From an uncultured Elusimicrobia bacterium (GTDB taxonomy: Bacteria > Elusimicrobiota > Elusimicrobia > 2-01-FULL-59-12), in assembly GCA_963702895.1 (NCBI GenBank), contig OY969767.1, positions 234,506 through 298,505 of the forward strand: 64,000 bases of DNA, read 5' to 3'. Under the pieces are notes generated by a model. It saw only the letters and a list, made by a program, of their open reading frames with translations, was not told where the DNA came from and did not search any database. Shown piece by piece: positions 7,273 to 16,956 of this stretch (within the stretch, counting starts at the first letter, position 1; every line of letters begins with the position of its first letter). The position numbers and the translations under genes are program-made.

Positions 7273-9111
7273 TCAGTCGCGAGAGCGCCGTCCGAGGGCG
7301 ATGACCGCGATTTGAGAAGCGGAAAAAGCCACAATCCAAAAGAAGGCTTTGTCCATGAAGCCGTAAGAGTGCAAGCCAATGCCCAGCATGTTGACGCCAA
7401 ACCAGGAAAAAGCGGTCACGACGTTTCCAAAAACGGCCATCGCCAGGATGCCCGCTCTGCCGCAGAAATTGCCGATGCGCGCATGCAGGATCAGCGCGTT
7501 CCAGAGCACAATCAACAGGGCCCCGTTTTCCTTGGGGTCCCAGCCCCAGAAGCGTCCCCAGGACTGATCGGCCCAGATGCCTCCCAGAATTGTGCCGAGG
7601 AAGCTGAAAAAGAGGCTAAAGCAAACGACACCATAAACCATTCGCTCAATTGAGGCGGCCGCTTGTTCTGTCCAGGAGCGGTCATAGCGTTGGCGGATGA
7701 TAGAGACCACGGCCAAAAACCCGGAGAGGAAGGTCGATCCGTAGCCAATGGTGATCGTGACGACGTGAGTCGCCAGCCAAAAGTTGGAATCCAGGACCGC
7801 CCGCATCATTTCCATCGTGTCGCCCGTGGTGGCAAGATGATGGGCAATGATCAGCGTGATGAAGCCGATCGCGGACCCGACGGCGCTTCCGACGCCATTT
7901 CTGTGGAGGCGCTCAAGGATGAGACCCAAAAGGACCGCGACCCATCCCACAAAGATGGCGGAAGAGTAAAGATTGGTGACCGGCGGCCGCCCCTGCAGAA
8001 TAACGCGACAGGCCAGCCCCAGCGTGTGGGCCCCAAAGGCAAGGACGAGAAGCGCAAAGGCCGTACGGTTGAGCTCACGGGGCCAGAAGATCCAGGACAA
8101 AGACGCGAGAATGAGAGCCAGAACATAAATCACCAGGCTTCGATAAAAGGCCTGGAAGTGATTGAAGATGAACTCACGACGACCATGGGCGGCGTCCGTG
8201 CGCGCCATTTTCGTGAGCCATAGGCGGTAGTCGGCGATGGCTTGATTAAACGCCTCAGACTCATCTGCTCGCCAAGCATCCCCCATTTGGGCGTAAGCCA
8301 GGACGGCGGGATGAAAGGCGTCTTGACGGATCCGGCTGAGCACTCCATTGCCATAGGTCATCCAAGATTCCTGTTTCCACCACCCCGCGGGGGGGAGGGG
8401 GTAGAATTCCGCGGCCTCGTCCAGGAACCGGTAGCGCTCCAGATCTTTTATGAAAGGAGCCATGAGACCTTTCGCGTGGGCGGAGCTGGACATATGGGCC
8501 TTGAGCGCCGGCCCCAGGCGCGTTTCAAAGTCACGGAGGCTCTTCATCGCGTCGCCTGTCCCGGCAATCTGCAGAGTGTTTTGCAGTTTTTGATACAGGT
8601 TGATATGGCTGTGAAGATTGAGAATAGCCCGTTGATAAGGTGTCCGCTGGCCGGGCTTAAAAGAGTCTGCTTGCATGGCTTGGCGTTCGATTTCCTGGGC
8701 ATGGGCCTGGAGATCGTTCCAAGAAAAACGGCGCTGGCTCGTTTGCACAATGCCCATGGCACCCAGGACATCGGGGTTGTCAATCGTGAAAACTTTATAG
8801 GCAGCGGCCTTGTCTTGTTTGAAGAGTACATCCACGAGCCAAGTAAGGGCTTTCAAAGACCCTTCAGGGGTGCGGACCGTTTGCTTGCCGGAAAGGATGA
8901 GCAGAGAGTTGCGCGCGATGGTATCGAGAGGCTTGGTGCGCCCGCCGTTAAGAACGGGGAGTTCTCCAAAGTCCCTCAGGTCGAAGGGCGACTTGGCTTT
9001 GCCTGGGAAGAGACCTGCGACAAGCCATAAGCTGATGAGAGTCGTGAAGATCGCAGGCAGTCGTCTCGTGAAGGATGTTGCTCGGGGGGGTGCGGGCCGC
9101 ATGTGCGCCAT
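7273..9111 (-). CDS. ccsA: cytochrome c-type biogenesis protein CcsA/ResC family with an approximately 300-aa N-terminal extension
   Basis: Trp-rich WWD-type motif WGRFWGWDPKENGAL in a C-terminal polytopic domain. The long N-terminal region precedes the TM bundle, which suggests a CcsBA-type fusion. Confidence 0.75.
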   Translation of the reverse strand: MAHMRPAPPRATSFTRRLPAIFTTLISLWLVAGLFPGKAKSPFDLRDFGELPVLNGGRTKPLDTIARNSLLILSGKQTVRTPEGSLKALTWLVDVLFKQDKAAAYKVFTIDNPDVLGAMGIVQTSQRRFSWNDLQAHAQEIERQAMQADSFKPGQRTPYQRAILNLHSHINLYQKLQNTLQIAGTGDAMKSLRDFETRLGPALKAHMSSSAHAKGLMAPFIKDLERYRFLDEAAEFYPLPPAGWWKQESWMTYGNGVLSRIRQDAFHPAVLAYAQMGDAWRADESEAFNQAIADYRLWLTKMARTDAAHGRREFIFNHFQAFYRSLVIYVLALILASLSWIFWPRELNRTAFALLVLAFGAHTLGLACRVILQGRPPVTNLYSSAIFVGWVAVLLGLILERLHRNGVGSAVGSAIGFITLIIAHHLATTGDTMEMMRAVLDSNFWLATHVVTITIGYGSTFLSGFLAVVSIIRQRYDRSWTEQAAASIERMVYGVVCFSLFFSFLGTILGGIWADQSWGRFWGWDPKENGALLIVLWNALILHARIGNFCGRAGILAMAVFGNVVTAFSWFGVNMLGIGLHSYGFMDKAFFWIVAFSASQIAVIALGRRSRD

Positions 9112-9140
9112 TCTAATAGATTCTCGGCTTGCGAAGTGAC

Positions 9141-11336
9141 TCAGAGACGTTCAAGGCTCGCGTACTTGACTAGGAGTTTTTTCCACTGGCCGTTGTCAAA
9201 GAGGACCACCACTTTGAGAGATTCGCCGGCACCGCTTTTCTCCATGATTTTTCCGTTGCCGAATTCGGCATGCCGCACGCGAGCGCCCACTTGAAACGGC
9301 GTCCCGAGTCTCGCGTCCAGGGTCCCGAACCCTGCATCGTGGGCGGATCTCTTGTCCAAAGAGACTTCTTGCATGGTCTGAGCCGACGCGGGACTCGAGA
9401 CGCGAGACACAGGACGTATGGAAACGCCAGCTTCCTCTATAAAGCGCGAAGGGGCGTTCCAGCGCGCGTGGCCAAAGAGTCGGCGGCTTGCCGCCCAGGT
9501 GAAATGAAGTTCACGTTTCGCGCGCGTCATGCCCACATAGCAAAGGCGGCGCTCTTCCTCCAGGTCTTCCTGCGAAAAATCTGATTCCCCGATGGGAAAG
9601 AGCCCTTCCTCCATGCCGGTCAGAAAAACGCTCGTAAACTCGAGCCCCTTGGCGAGGTGGACGGTCATGAGCGTCACGTAATTGGGGCCGGATTCGATTT
9701 CATCGGTGTCCGCCACCAGCGACACCTGCTCGAGAAACCCCGCTGTCGATTTATCCTCGGAGGATTCCAGGTATTCTTCCACCGCGTTCAACAATTCCCG
9801 GATATTGGCAGCCCTGGCTTGGGACTCGGCATCGTCGTCACATTCCAGCTCTTTGAGGTAGCCCGTGGCCTCCAGGACCCCGGCCGCCATTTCATAAGCG
9901 TTGAAGAGGTCGCGTTTGGCCATCAGCTCCGAGAGCAACTTGTGGAACTCGAAGGCAGCGGTCTTCGCGCGAGACGTAAGGCCGGGGATCTCTCTGGCCT
10001 TCTCGAGAGCATTGAAAAGGGAGAGCTTATGTTCCTGGGCGTACTTTTCAAGGGCCTCCAGCGTCGTTTTGCCCAGCGCCCGGGCCGGAACGTTGATGAT
10101 GCGCTTGAGGCTCAAGGTGTCCGCGGGGTTCATGATGACGCGCAGATAGGCGATCACATTCCTCACTTCCGCCCGCTCATAGAAGCGTACAGAACCAATG
10201 ATCTTATAAGGGATTTCCAGGCGCCTGAGCGCGTCTTCCAGGACGCGCGATTGCGCGTTGATCCGGTAAAACACGGCGAAGTCCGCGTACCGATAGTCCG
10301 CACTCCGTGTTTTCTGGTAGATGGCGCTCGCCACGGCGAGCGCCTCTTCCCTCTCGTCCGCGAATTCGGTCGCGGAGACCGGGTCTCCCGTCATTTTTTC
10401 CGTCCAGAGCTTCTTGTCCTTGCGAAATTGGTTATGGCGGACCACGCTCCAGGCCGCGTCCAAGATCGGCTTGGTGGAACGGTAGTTCTGCTCGAGCTTG
10501 ACGACTTTCGCTTCGGGGTATTCCTTTTCAAACTCGAGGATATTGCGGATGTCCGCTCCCCTCCATACATAGACACATTGGTCATCGTCCCCGACGACGC
10601 AAAGGTTGCGGTGCTGGGCGGAGAGGGTCTTGATGAGGACATACTGCGCGCGGTTGGTGTCCTGATACTCATCGACCATGATGTGCTGGAAGCGCTGCTG
10701 GAGTTTTTCGCGCACCTGAGCCGTGTCACGCAGGAGTTCCACGCTTTTCATGATGAGATCGCCAAAATCGAGCGCGTTCGAAGCGATGAGCTTTTTCTGG
10801 TAGAGGTGATAGACCGAGGCCACCATCTGGCGAAAGGGGTCTGGGGACGTGAGCGCATGGATTTGATAGGAAGCAGCATCAATGAGCTCATCTTTGGAGC
10901 GCGAAATCATGGCGACGAGCACCCCGGGCTTAAATTTCTTCTCGTCGAGACTGAGCTCGGCGAGGCAATCTTTCACGAGCTCTTTTTGATCATGATCGTC
11001 ATAGATCACAAAATGAGGGGAAAGCTGGATCGCCTTGCCTTCGCGCCGCAAGAGTTGCGCGCAAAACCGGTGGAAGGTGGAGATGAGGACCCCTTGTCCC
11101 CGGCCTCCGGTCAATTGGTCGACGCGGTGGCGCATTTCTTCCGCCGCCTTGTTCGTAAAGGTGACCGCAAGGATATTCCAGGGGGCCGCGCCGCCTTCCA
11201 GGAGGTGGACGATCCGGGAGGTGATCACGCGGGTTTTGCCGGATCCCGCGCCAGCAAGGATCAGAAGCGGTCCCTTGATGTGCAGGACCGCTTCCCGTTG
11301 GGGATCGTTTAAGGATGAAAGCCAGGAATTGCTCAT
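9141..11336 (-). CDS. pcrA: ATP-dependent DNA helicase PcrA/UvrD (superfamily 1)
   Basis: Walker A GAGSGKT, UvrD-family motifs, and a C-terminal Tudor-like GARVRHAEFGNGKI. Likely start MSNSWLSSLNDPQREAV at 11336; the track start at 11459 adds 41 aa. Confidence 0.9.
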   Translation of the reverse strand: MSNSWLSSLNDPQREAVLHIKGPLLILAGAGSGKTRVITSRIVHLLEGGAAPWNILAVTFTNKAAEEMRHRVDQLTGGRGQGVLISTFHRFCAQLLRREGKAIQLSPHFVIYDDHDQKELVKDCLAELSLDEKKFKPGVLVAMISRSKDELIDAASYQIHALTSPDPFRQMVASVYHLYQKKLIASNALDFGDLIMKSVELLRDTAQVREKLQQRFQHIMVDEYQDTNRAQYVLIKTLSAQHRNLCVVGDDDQCVYVWRGADIRNILEFEKEYPEAKVVKLEQNYRSTKPILDAAWSVVRHNQFRKDKKLWTEKMTGDPVSATEFADEREEALAVASAIYQKTRSADYRYADFAVFYRINAQSRVLEDALRRLEIPYKIIGSVRFYERAEVRNVIAYLRVIMNPADTLSLKRIINVPARALGKTTLEALEKYAQEHKLSLFNALEKAREIPGLTSRAKTAAFEFHKLLSELMAKRDLFNAYEMAAGVLEATGYLKELECDDDAESQARAANIRELLNAVEEYLESSEDKSTAGFLEQVSLVADTDEIESGPNYVTLMTVHLAKGLEFTSVFLTGMEEGLFPIGESDFSQEDLEEERRLCYVGMTRAKRELHFTWAASRRLFGHARWNAPSRFIEEAGVSIRPVSRVSSPASAQTMQEVSLDKRSAHDAGFGTLDARLGTPFQVGARVRHAEFGNGKIMEKSGAGESLKVVVLFDNGQWKKLLVKYASLERL

Positions 11337-11504
11337 GGTTTGGAACGCTATTCGTAGAAATGGATCGCTTGCAGGATGGCCTGCCAATCCTGCGCCATTT
11401 GTCGCATCAGTCGTGAATCTCCCTCTAAATTGAACAACCACCGCGCTCGGGGACTCCACACCCAGAGGTCCTGGCCGCGAACAAAGCGACCTTTCACCGT
11501 ATTC

Positions 11505-12413
11505 TCATAAACCAGCTGATAGGCCGGAAGACCGTGGAAAGGTTCTTCCGATTCCAGGACGATCGTAGAAACCCTTCACTTTAAGGGACTTGCGCGCTTC
11601 TTCCTTTTCTTGCGGTGTCATTTCCCGAGAGGAAGCTGCCAAGGTATCAACCACCGCTGAAAACGCCAACTGCATTTTATCACGGGCAATGGTAGCACCA
11701 AGTTGTCGGTCGTCTGCGACACCGATCAGCCAATCTTCAGGGATCTCGATTTTGGCGCCCCCGGTCTGATGCACCCAGAGGCCGCCGTGAGAGGGGGCCT
11801 TCAATTTGCCGGAGCCTTCCCGTGAGAGCAAGTGGATGGTGCTGAGCCAATTTTGGTAATCCTGCACGATCCAGGGGAAGCTGTCGCGAGCGGCTTTGAG
11901 CGTCAGAACATAAAAGCGGTTATCTTTGAAGAAGTAGACCGACTGGTGCTGCGTCGTGCCTTCCGTCCCCTCCAGGAGCCATGTGACTTCGTAGGCGTTT
12001 TGCCCGGCCAGCGTCCGGGTCGTGCCGGCCAGGAGGCGTGAGCCTGCGGAGCGAACTGCAAGGTCACGGGTCGCAAAGTTTTTGAGGATGTCGACGGATG
12101 TGTCCGAAGACAGGCGCGAGGGATCCACAGGTTCCGAGATCTGGCAGACGATCGAGGCCTCTGTTCCTTCCTGGGTTTTGCGGGTGAGAAGCGGCCCAAA
12201 AGGAAAGGAGGAGCCCATCTCCCAGTTTGCTGGGATTCCGAAGCTGAGCTTGGCGTCGCTGAAGAACAGGCGCGGCGGTGTGTCGACGGCAGCGCAGAGC
12301 GAGCAGAGCAAAGTGAGCAGCGAGCAAGCCAAGAACAAGGAATGTCCTAGCCGGAAATAATGTCTTGTATTATGCTTATCAGTGTAGGTGTTGGAAAAAT
12401 ATTTCTCCGTCAT
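11505..12413 (-). CDS. hypothetical secreted protein
   Basis: Signal-peptide-like LGHSLFLACSLLTLLCSLCAAV. The ORF-track N-terminus (to 12560) reads through REP copy 5 as SMMDPGLRHAGMT. The start is probably the ATG at 12413, at the REP edge. Confidence 0.4.
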   Translation of the reverse strand: MTEKYFSNTYTDKHNTRHYFRLGHSLFLACSLLTLLCSLCAAVDTPPRLFFSDAKLSFGIPANWEMGSSFPFGPLLTRKTQEGTEASIVCQISEPVDPSRLSSDTSVDILKNFATRDLAVRSAGSRLLAGTTRTLAGQNAYEVTWLLEGTEGTTQHQSVYFFKDNRFYVLTLKAARDSFPWIVQDYQNWLSTIHLLSREGSGKLKAPSHGGLWVHQTGGAKIEIPEDWLIGVADDRQLGATIARDKMQLAFSAVVDTLAASSREMTPQEKEEARKSLKVKGFYDRPGIGRTFPRSSGLSAGL

Positions 12414-12491
12414 CCCGGCATGTCGTAAGCCGGGATCCATCATGGAATTTACATCAATGATAGACCCCGGCTGACGTCCGCCGGGGTGACG
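12410..12491. repeat. REP-like element copy 5
   Basis: gtcatcccggcatgtcgtaagccgggatccatcatggaattt...gatagaccccggctgacgtccgccggggtgacgg. Confidence 0.85.
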
Positions 12492-12559
12492 GCTTAGCTG
12501 AGCTATTTCATTCAGTTGTTTGCTCGGCTCTGTTCGCTGCTCTCTGTTCGCTCTCGTCA

Positions 12560-13771
12560 TTAGCGGTGCTCCATCAAAACCACGGTTTCCACATGCGCCG
12601 TATGGGGGAACAGGTCCACCGGTTGCGCACTCGCTATCCTATAAAAGGGAACGAGGCCTTGGAGGTCTCTCGCGAGCGATTCAGGGTTGCAAGAGACATA
12701 AGCGAGGCGTGGGGGGTTGATTTCAAGCAAGGCCGAAAGCGCCTTCGGGTGAAGTCCAACGCGCGGTGGATCAACGACCATGGCGGAGATTTGGATGGAC
12801 ACTTTTGAGCCGGGAAGCTTCTTCAGGAATTCAAGCGCGTCTTCACAGACAAACTCCACATTCTGGAGCTCATTGAGCTTTGCGTTCTTGAGAGCGTCTT
12901 CAATCGCGCTCTGGTTGGAGTCAATGCCGATGACCCGCTCAAAAGCGTCAGCCAGGGCGAGTGTGATGCCGCCGGAACCGCAATAGAGGTCAAGTAAGGT
13001 TCCGCCGATGGAGGACCCCCAATCCCTCAGCAGCGCATAGAGCCTTTCCGTTCCATGGGTATTGGTCTGGAAAAATGAAAACGGAGAAATCTGATAGGTG
13101 CGGTTGATCAAACGCTCCGTGATGCTGCCTGGGCCCCAGAGAAGGCGCATCTCCTTGGCCTGGGCGACGTCGCTTTTGTCGTCTGTCACGCCAAGCCATA
13201 AGGTGGAAAGGCTGTCACGGAAGTCCTCAAGCGTCTTCGTCGCGAACTTCGATGCGCCGAGGGAGGTCGCAAGCAGAACGCCCATGCGATCACCGGTGTT
13301 CTTGCCCTCACGCAGGACAAGATAGCGCAAATCTCCTTCATGCCGTTTTCGGTGGTAGCCCGTGAGACTCTGGCTTTTGGCCCAGGCGCGGACGCGCTGA
13401 AGGAGGCTCACGGCATGTTCCGACATCAGCCCGCAGGTCTGCAGGTCCACGACGCGGTCGAATCGCCCTTCTTGCCGGAGCCCCAGGACGAGCGCGTCGT
13501 CCCAGACGGCGAAGGCAAACTCCATTTTATTCCGATAGTGCCAGGGTTCAGGTGAAGGGAGAATCGGCTTCCAAGCGCGCACTTCATAGGGCTTGAGAAG
13601 ATCCTTCACGAGGGTTTCTTTTTTGATGAGCTCTTCCGGGTAAGGCAGAGGACGCCCCCCAGGCTGGCAGCGACAGCCCCCGCAAACCCCAAAATGCATG
13701 CAATTCATGGGGTCAAAATCATCGCATTTTTTCGTTGCAAATTTTTCCTGAAGGTGGTAGGAATACGTCAT
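12560..13771 (-). CDS. rlmD: 23S rRNA (uracil-5-)-methyltransferase RlmD/RumA family (TRAM plus Fe-S Cys cluster plus SAM methyltransferase)
   Basis: N-terminal Cys cluster CMHFGVCGGCRC, SAM motif LDLYCGSGGITLALA, and C-terminal VSCNPESLARD. Confidence 0.85.
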   Translation of the reverse strand: MTYSYHLQEKFATKKCDDFDPMNCMHFGVCGGCRCQPGGRPLPYPEELIKKETLVKDLLKPYEVRAWKPILPSPEPWHYRNKMEFAFAVWDDALVLGLRQEGRFDRVVDLQTCGLMSEHAVSLLQRVRAWAKSQSLTGYHRKRHEGDLRYLVLREGKNTGDRMGVLLATSLGASKFATKTLEDFRDSLSTLWLGVTDDKSDVAQAKEMRLLWGPGSITERLINRTYQISPFSFFQTNTHGTERLYALLRDWGSSIGGTLLDLYCGSGGITLALADAFERVIGIDSNQSAIEDALKNAKLNELQNVEFVCEDALEFLKKLPGSKVSIQISAMVVDPPRVGLHPKALSALLEINPPRLAYVSCNPESLARDLQGLVPFYRIASAQPVDLFPHTAHVETVVLMEHR

Positions 13772-14870
13772 GTCTATTCCTCCTTCCTCTCCGCTGCCTA
13801 CGTCGGCGGATGACTACGGACCCATCACGCCTTATCTGGCATCCCACGATGTGTCGGAAATTATGGTGAATGGCCCCAACAAAATCTTTATCGAGCAGTT
13901 CGGTAAAATTACGCAGGTCGAGCGAAGGTTTCCGACGGAAGGGGAGGTGCTGCGGGTCGTGCGTCAGCTCTTAGCCCTGGCAGGCAAAACCATGTCTCCA
14001 CAAAACCCCATGATCGATTGCCGCTTGAGCGACGGCTCACGCATGACGGTGACCACGCCGCCGGTCACGGCCCAAACCTGTTTTACCATTCGCCGGCCGA
14101 CCCACCAAACGCATGATTTGAGCGAGCTCGTGACCCGAGGGGCCTTGTCCACGGCCATGGCGGATGTCTTGCGCATTGCGGTCCAGATGCGCTTGAACAT
14201 CCTCATTTCGGGGGGGACAAGCAGCGGCAAAACAACCCTCTTAAATGCTTTGGCATCCTGTATTCCGAAAACGAGCCGCATTGTGACCATCGAAGACACG
14301 TACGAGATCTCCCTCTCCCATCCCAACTGGCTGGCGCTCGAGACGGTGACACAGGGCCGAGGCGAAGGCAGGGCCGTCATTGGCATACGAGCGCTCGTCT
14401 CCCATGCGCTCCATTTGCGACCAGACCGAATCCTCCTGGGGGAAATTCGTGGTGGTGAAGCTTTGGATGTGCTGCAGGCCATGAACTCGGGCCATGACGG
14501 CTCCATGGCCACCATTCACGCCAGCTCCCCTATGGACGTGATTTCCAGGCTTGAGACGTTGGTTCTTATGGCGGGCTATGAAATCCCTCTCACCGCAGTC
14601 CGTCAGCAGATCGCGCGCGCCATTCATCTCATTGTGCAGACGCGTCGCGCGGCCGATGGCAACCGCCAAATCCTTGCGATCAGTGAAGTCAAGGGCATGG
14701 AGGAGGGACGTGTCATGATGCAGGATATATTCATGTTTGGACGCAATAAAGCGGGGCAAGTGGGCTATTTCGCGACCGGTTACGCGCCCCTCTTTCTGCA
14801 ACAAGCCGCAGCTTACGGGATCCAAATCCCCGGTCATCTCTTCTCTCTTTCACCTTCCTCAAACGGATAA
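13770..14870 (+). CDS. CpaF/TadA-like secretion ATPase (T2SS/T4SS E family), short form
   Basis: Walker A GGTSSGKTTLLNAL, EIMVNGPNKIFIE, and ILLGEIRGGEALDVLQAMNSGHDGSMATIHASSP. No tadB/tadC follow. Confidence 0.8.
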   Translation: MSIPPSSPLPTSADDYGPITPYLASHDVSEIMVNGPNKIFIEQFGKITQVERRFPTEGEVLRVVRQLLALAGKTMSPQNPMIDCRLSDGSRMTVTTPPVTAQTCFTIRRPTHQTHDLSELVTRGALSTAMADVLRIAVQMRLNILISGGTSSGKTTLLNALASCIPKTSRIVTIEDTYEISLSHPNWLALETVTQGRGEGRAVIGIRALVSHALHLRPDRILLGEIRGGEALDVLQAMNSGHDGSMATIHASSPMDVISRLETLVLMAGYEIPLTAVRQQIARAIHLIVQTRRAADGNRQILAISEVKGMEEGRVMMQDIFMFGRNKAGQVGYFATGYAPLFLQQAAAYGIQIPGHLFSLSPSSNG

Positions 14871-14888
14871 AATTGCTATTGTTGTCCT

Positions 14889-15293
14889 ATGAATTGGCCT
14901 CGTATCGGCAGGGGTGGAGCTTTGGCCGCGCTTGCGCTCTTGGTGTATGACATGGGGGTGATGGTGCTCAGCCAGAGAATCTTCGTTTCAGAGCCTAATT
15001 TGGCGTGGGCCGAGCTCGGCCCGATCGCGCTTTCTTTGATTCTGCCCAACCTGGTCACCGGCTTTCTGCTTTGCTGGATGTATGTGCTCGCGAGGCCTCG
15101 TCTTGGCCCTGGCCCGAAAACCGCGATTTTGACGGGAACGATAGGTTTTGCCTTCGCGAACCCGCATTACTTTGGCGTGACGGTCTTCCTGGTTTCTGGA
15201 CTGGGGGCGTTCCTGCAAATCGGAGCGGTCTGGCTGAAATTCGCTTTAGCGACCTACCTGGCGGGATGGCAGTACCTTGAGAAGGCTCCATAG
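14889..15293 (+). CDS. hypothetical integral membrane protein (about 4 TM helices)
   Basis: 134 aa with four hydrophobic segments. Confidence 0.45.
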   Translation: MNWPRIGRGGALAALALLVYDMGVMVLSQRIFVSEPNLAWAELGPIALSLILPNLVTGFLLCWMYVLARPRLGPGPKTAILTGTIGFAFANPHYFGVTVFLVSGLGAFLQIGAVWLKFALATYLAGWQYLEKAP

Positions 15294-16098
15294 TACCTTC
15301 CCAAAGCAGATCGTTGATAGCAGAAGCCGAAAGAGTCAGCTTCAAGCGTTTTTGCTTTTTGCTTTCGTTTTTCTGCTCTCTCCTTTTGCGACGGCTGCCG
15401 ATTCTGCTTTGGGCATGGTGTCCGGGTTCGTGAAGTTTCCGGGGGAAACCCCCCCACGCCACATGTTCGCCAATCCCGCCGATCACGACTGTCCGCATGG
15501 CATCCCTCAGAACCATCTGGTCGTCAAACAAGAGACGCGAGGGCTCGCCAACGCTTTGGTCGTCCTTGATCGCAAGGAGAAAAGAATCATGCCGTCCCTT
15601 CTGAAGTCGGAGCTTGCGACGGTCGGCTGTCAACTTCGGCCGCGGATGCAATGGGCGGCGCTGGGAACAAGCCTGGCGTTATTCAACAAGGATGGGGCCT
15701 CTCATCGCTTGCGCGCCTACCGAAAAGACGATGTGCTCTTCGATGTCAAGCTCGGTCCGGGAGGGCCTCCCGTGCGCCGGCCCCTGGTGGTGGCCGGTCT
15801 CTACAAAATTAATTGCGGCCGGCATCCTTGGGAGAGGGCCTGGATCTATGTCTCTCCCCATGATTCCGTCGCCGTCTCGGACCAGGAGGGACGCTTCCTG
15901 ATCAAGAATGTCCCGCCGGGGCACTATCGACTTCGTGTCCGACATGAAGGATGGGATCTCGACACTTTCAATAAGGGCACGCGACTGGAGTACATCCCCA
16001 TGCAAGAAGATAAGCCGGTCCTGGTCCAGAAGGATCAGAATGCCGAAGTGATTTTCGACAACCTCACCGGCGGACTTGAATTCGATCCTGCAAATTGA
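15277..16098 (+). CDS. hypothetical secreted protein with carboxypeptidase-regulatory-like beta-sandwich motif
   Basis: Signal peptide AFLLFAFVFLLSPFATAAD and SDQEGRFLIKNVPPGHYRLRV (CarboxypepD_reg-like). Confidence 0.5.
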   Translation: MRRLHSTFPKQIVDSRSRKSQLQAFLLFAFVFLLSPFATAADSALGMVSGFVKFPGETPPRHMFANPADHDCPHGIPQNHLVVKQETRGLANALVVLDRKEKRIMPSLLKSELATVGCQLRPRMQWAALGTSLALFNKDGASHRLRAYRKDDVLFDVKLGPGGPPVRRPLVVAGLYKINCGRHPWERAWIYVSPHDSVAVSDQEGRFLIKNVPPGHYRLRVRHEGWDLDTFNKGTRLEYIPMQEDKPVLVQKDQNAEVIFDNLTGGLEFDPAN

Positions 16099-16227
16099 GG
16101 CCAGGGGCCCAATTTGATATAAGGGCGTGTTCAAAAAAATCCCCAACAACATGAAAAAGAACACGACGCCAGGTCCCCGGCCGTTCGGCAGACTCTATTT
16201 AACAGACAGGTCCCGTCGGGAGCTGAG

Positions 16228-16956
16228 ATGACGCTTCGTCAATATTCCGCATTATTCGCGATGGCCGCCTTTTTTCTGGTTTTTGCGGGCGGCAGGGTGG
16301 CGAGCACAGACTCGGCCCTTGCGGTCATGGTGATCACGATGGTGGTGCTTTTGACGGTGATCCTGGCCGTCTGGCTCTGGCACAAAGGGGGCGAGCCCTT
16401 GCTCAAGAAAGCGGGGCTTGTGGCGGTCGCGCTTGTGGGCGCGCAAGGGGCCTTGGGCGTTGCGGCGGCACTTCGCGAGCTCCCAGCGGTCTCTTCGGTG
16501 GGCCAAGCCTGCCTTGGACAACTCTTCTTTGGATGGACCTGTTGCATAGCGGCCATGGTGTGGTCGAGACGTTCAGCCTTTCCCTACCCCGAGGCCCGTC
16601 CACTCCGCAGGCTGGCTCTCATGACGACAGGCTTCGCATTTTTCCAGCTCCTCTCGGGCGCGATCTATCGGCAGACGGGCTTCTTGCTGCATGTTCATTT
16701 CTTGGGCGCCGCGCTGGTCTTTGCTCATGTCCTCTTGCTTGCCAAACGATTGCGAAGCACCCTGAGACAGGATTTTTGGTTCGCCAGACTCGCGATGATT
16801 CTGGTCGGGCTTGCGTTTCTGCAGATCAGCTTGGGCTTCTACGCCTGGCAGCGTCCGACCCTTCCCAACACCGCCGCGCATGTGGCGGTCGGGGCGCTGA
16901 TCCTGGCGGGATGTGCTGTCGTTTCTCTGCAGAGTTTTCGGAGAGTCGGCGCTTGA
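16228..16956 (+). CDS. polytopic membrane protein, possibly COX15/CtaA-like
   Basis: 242 aa with 7-8 TM segments and conserved His in LHVHFLGAALVFAHVLL and AHVAVGALILAG. Family assignment is tentative. Confidence 0.4.
   Translation: MTLRQYSALFAMAAFFLVFAGGRVASTDSALAVMVITMVVLLTVILAVWLWHKGGEPLLKKAGLVAVALVGAQGALGVAAALRELPAVSSVGQACLGQLFFGWTCCIAAMVWSRRSAFPYPEARPLRRLALMTTGFAFFQLLSGAIYRQTGFLLHVHFLGAALVFAHVLLLAKRLRSTLRQDFWFARLAMILVGLAFLQISLGFYAWQRPTLPNTAAHVAVGALILAGCAVVSLQSFRRVGA

Noticed and set aside
9657-11312. 551-aa ORF on the + strand
   Set aside because: It is entirely antisense to the well-supported pcrA/uvrD helicase gene. The ORF is Arg/Gly-rich with no motifs, a classic high-GC antisense shadow ORF. 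The same reasoning applies to 40647..41495 (-) opposite the glycoside hydrolase, 6150..6650 (-) inside gatA, 35996..37115 (-) opposite pilT and the cNMP gene, and 8242..9030 (+) opposite ccsA.
16533-16955. N-terminal 141 aa of ORF 16533..17543
   Set aside because: It overlaps the membrane-protein gene 16228..16956 in another frame. The ABC ATPase begins at MASRDAIAVEHL (16956) with TGATG coupling.
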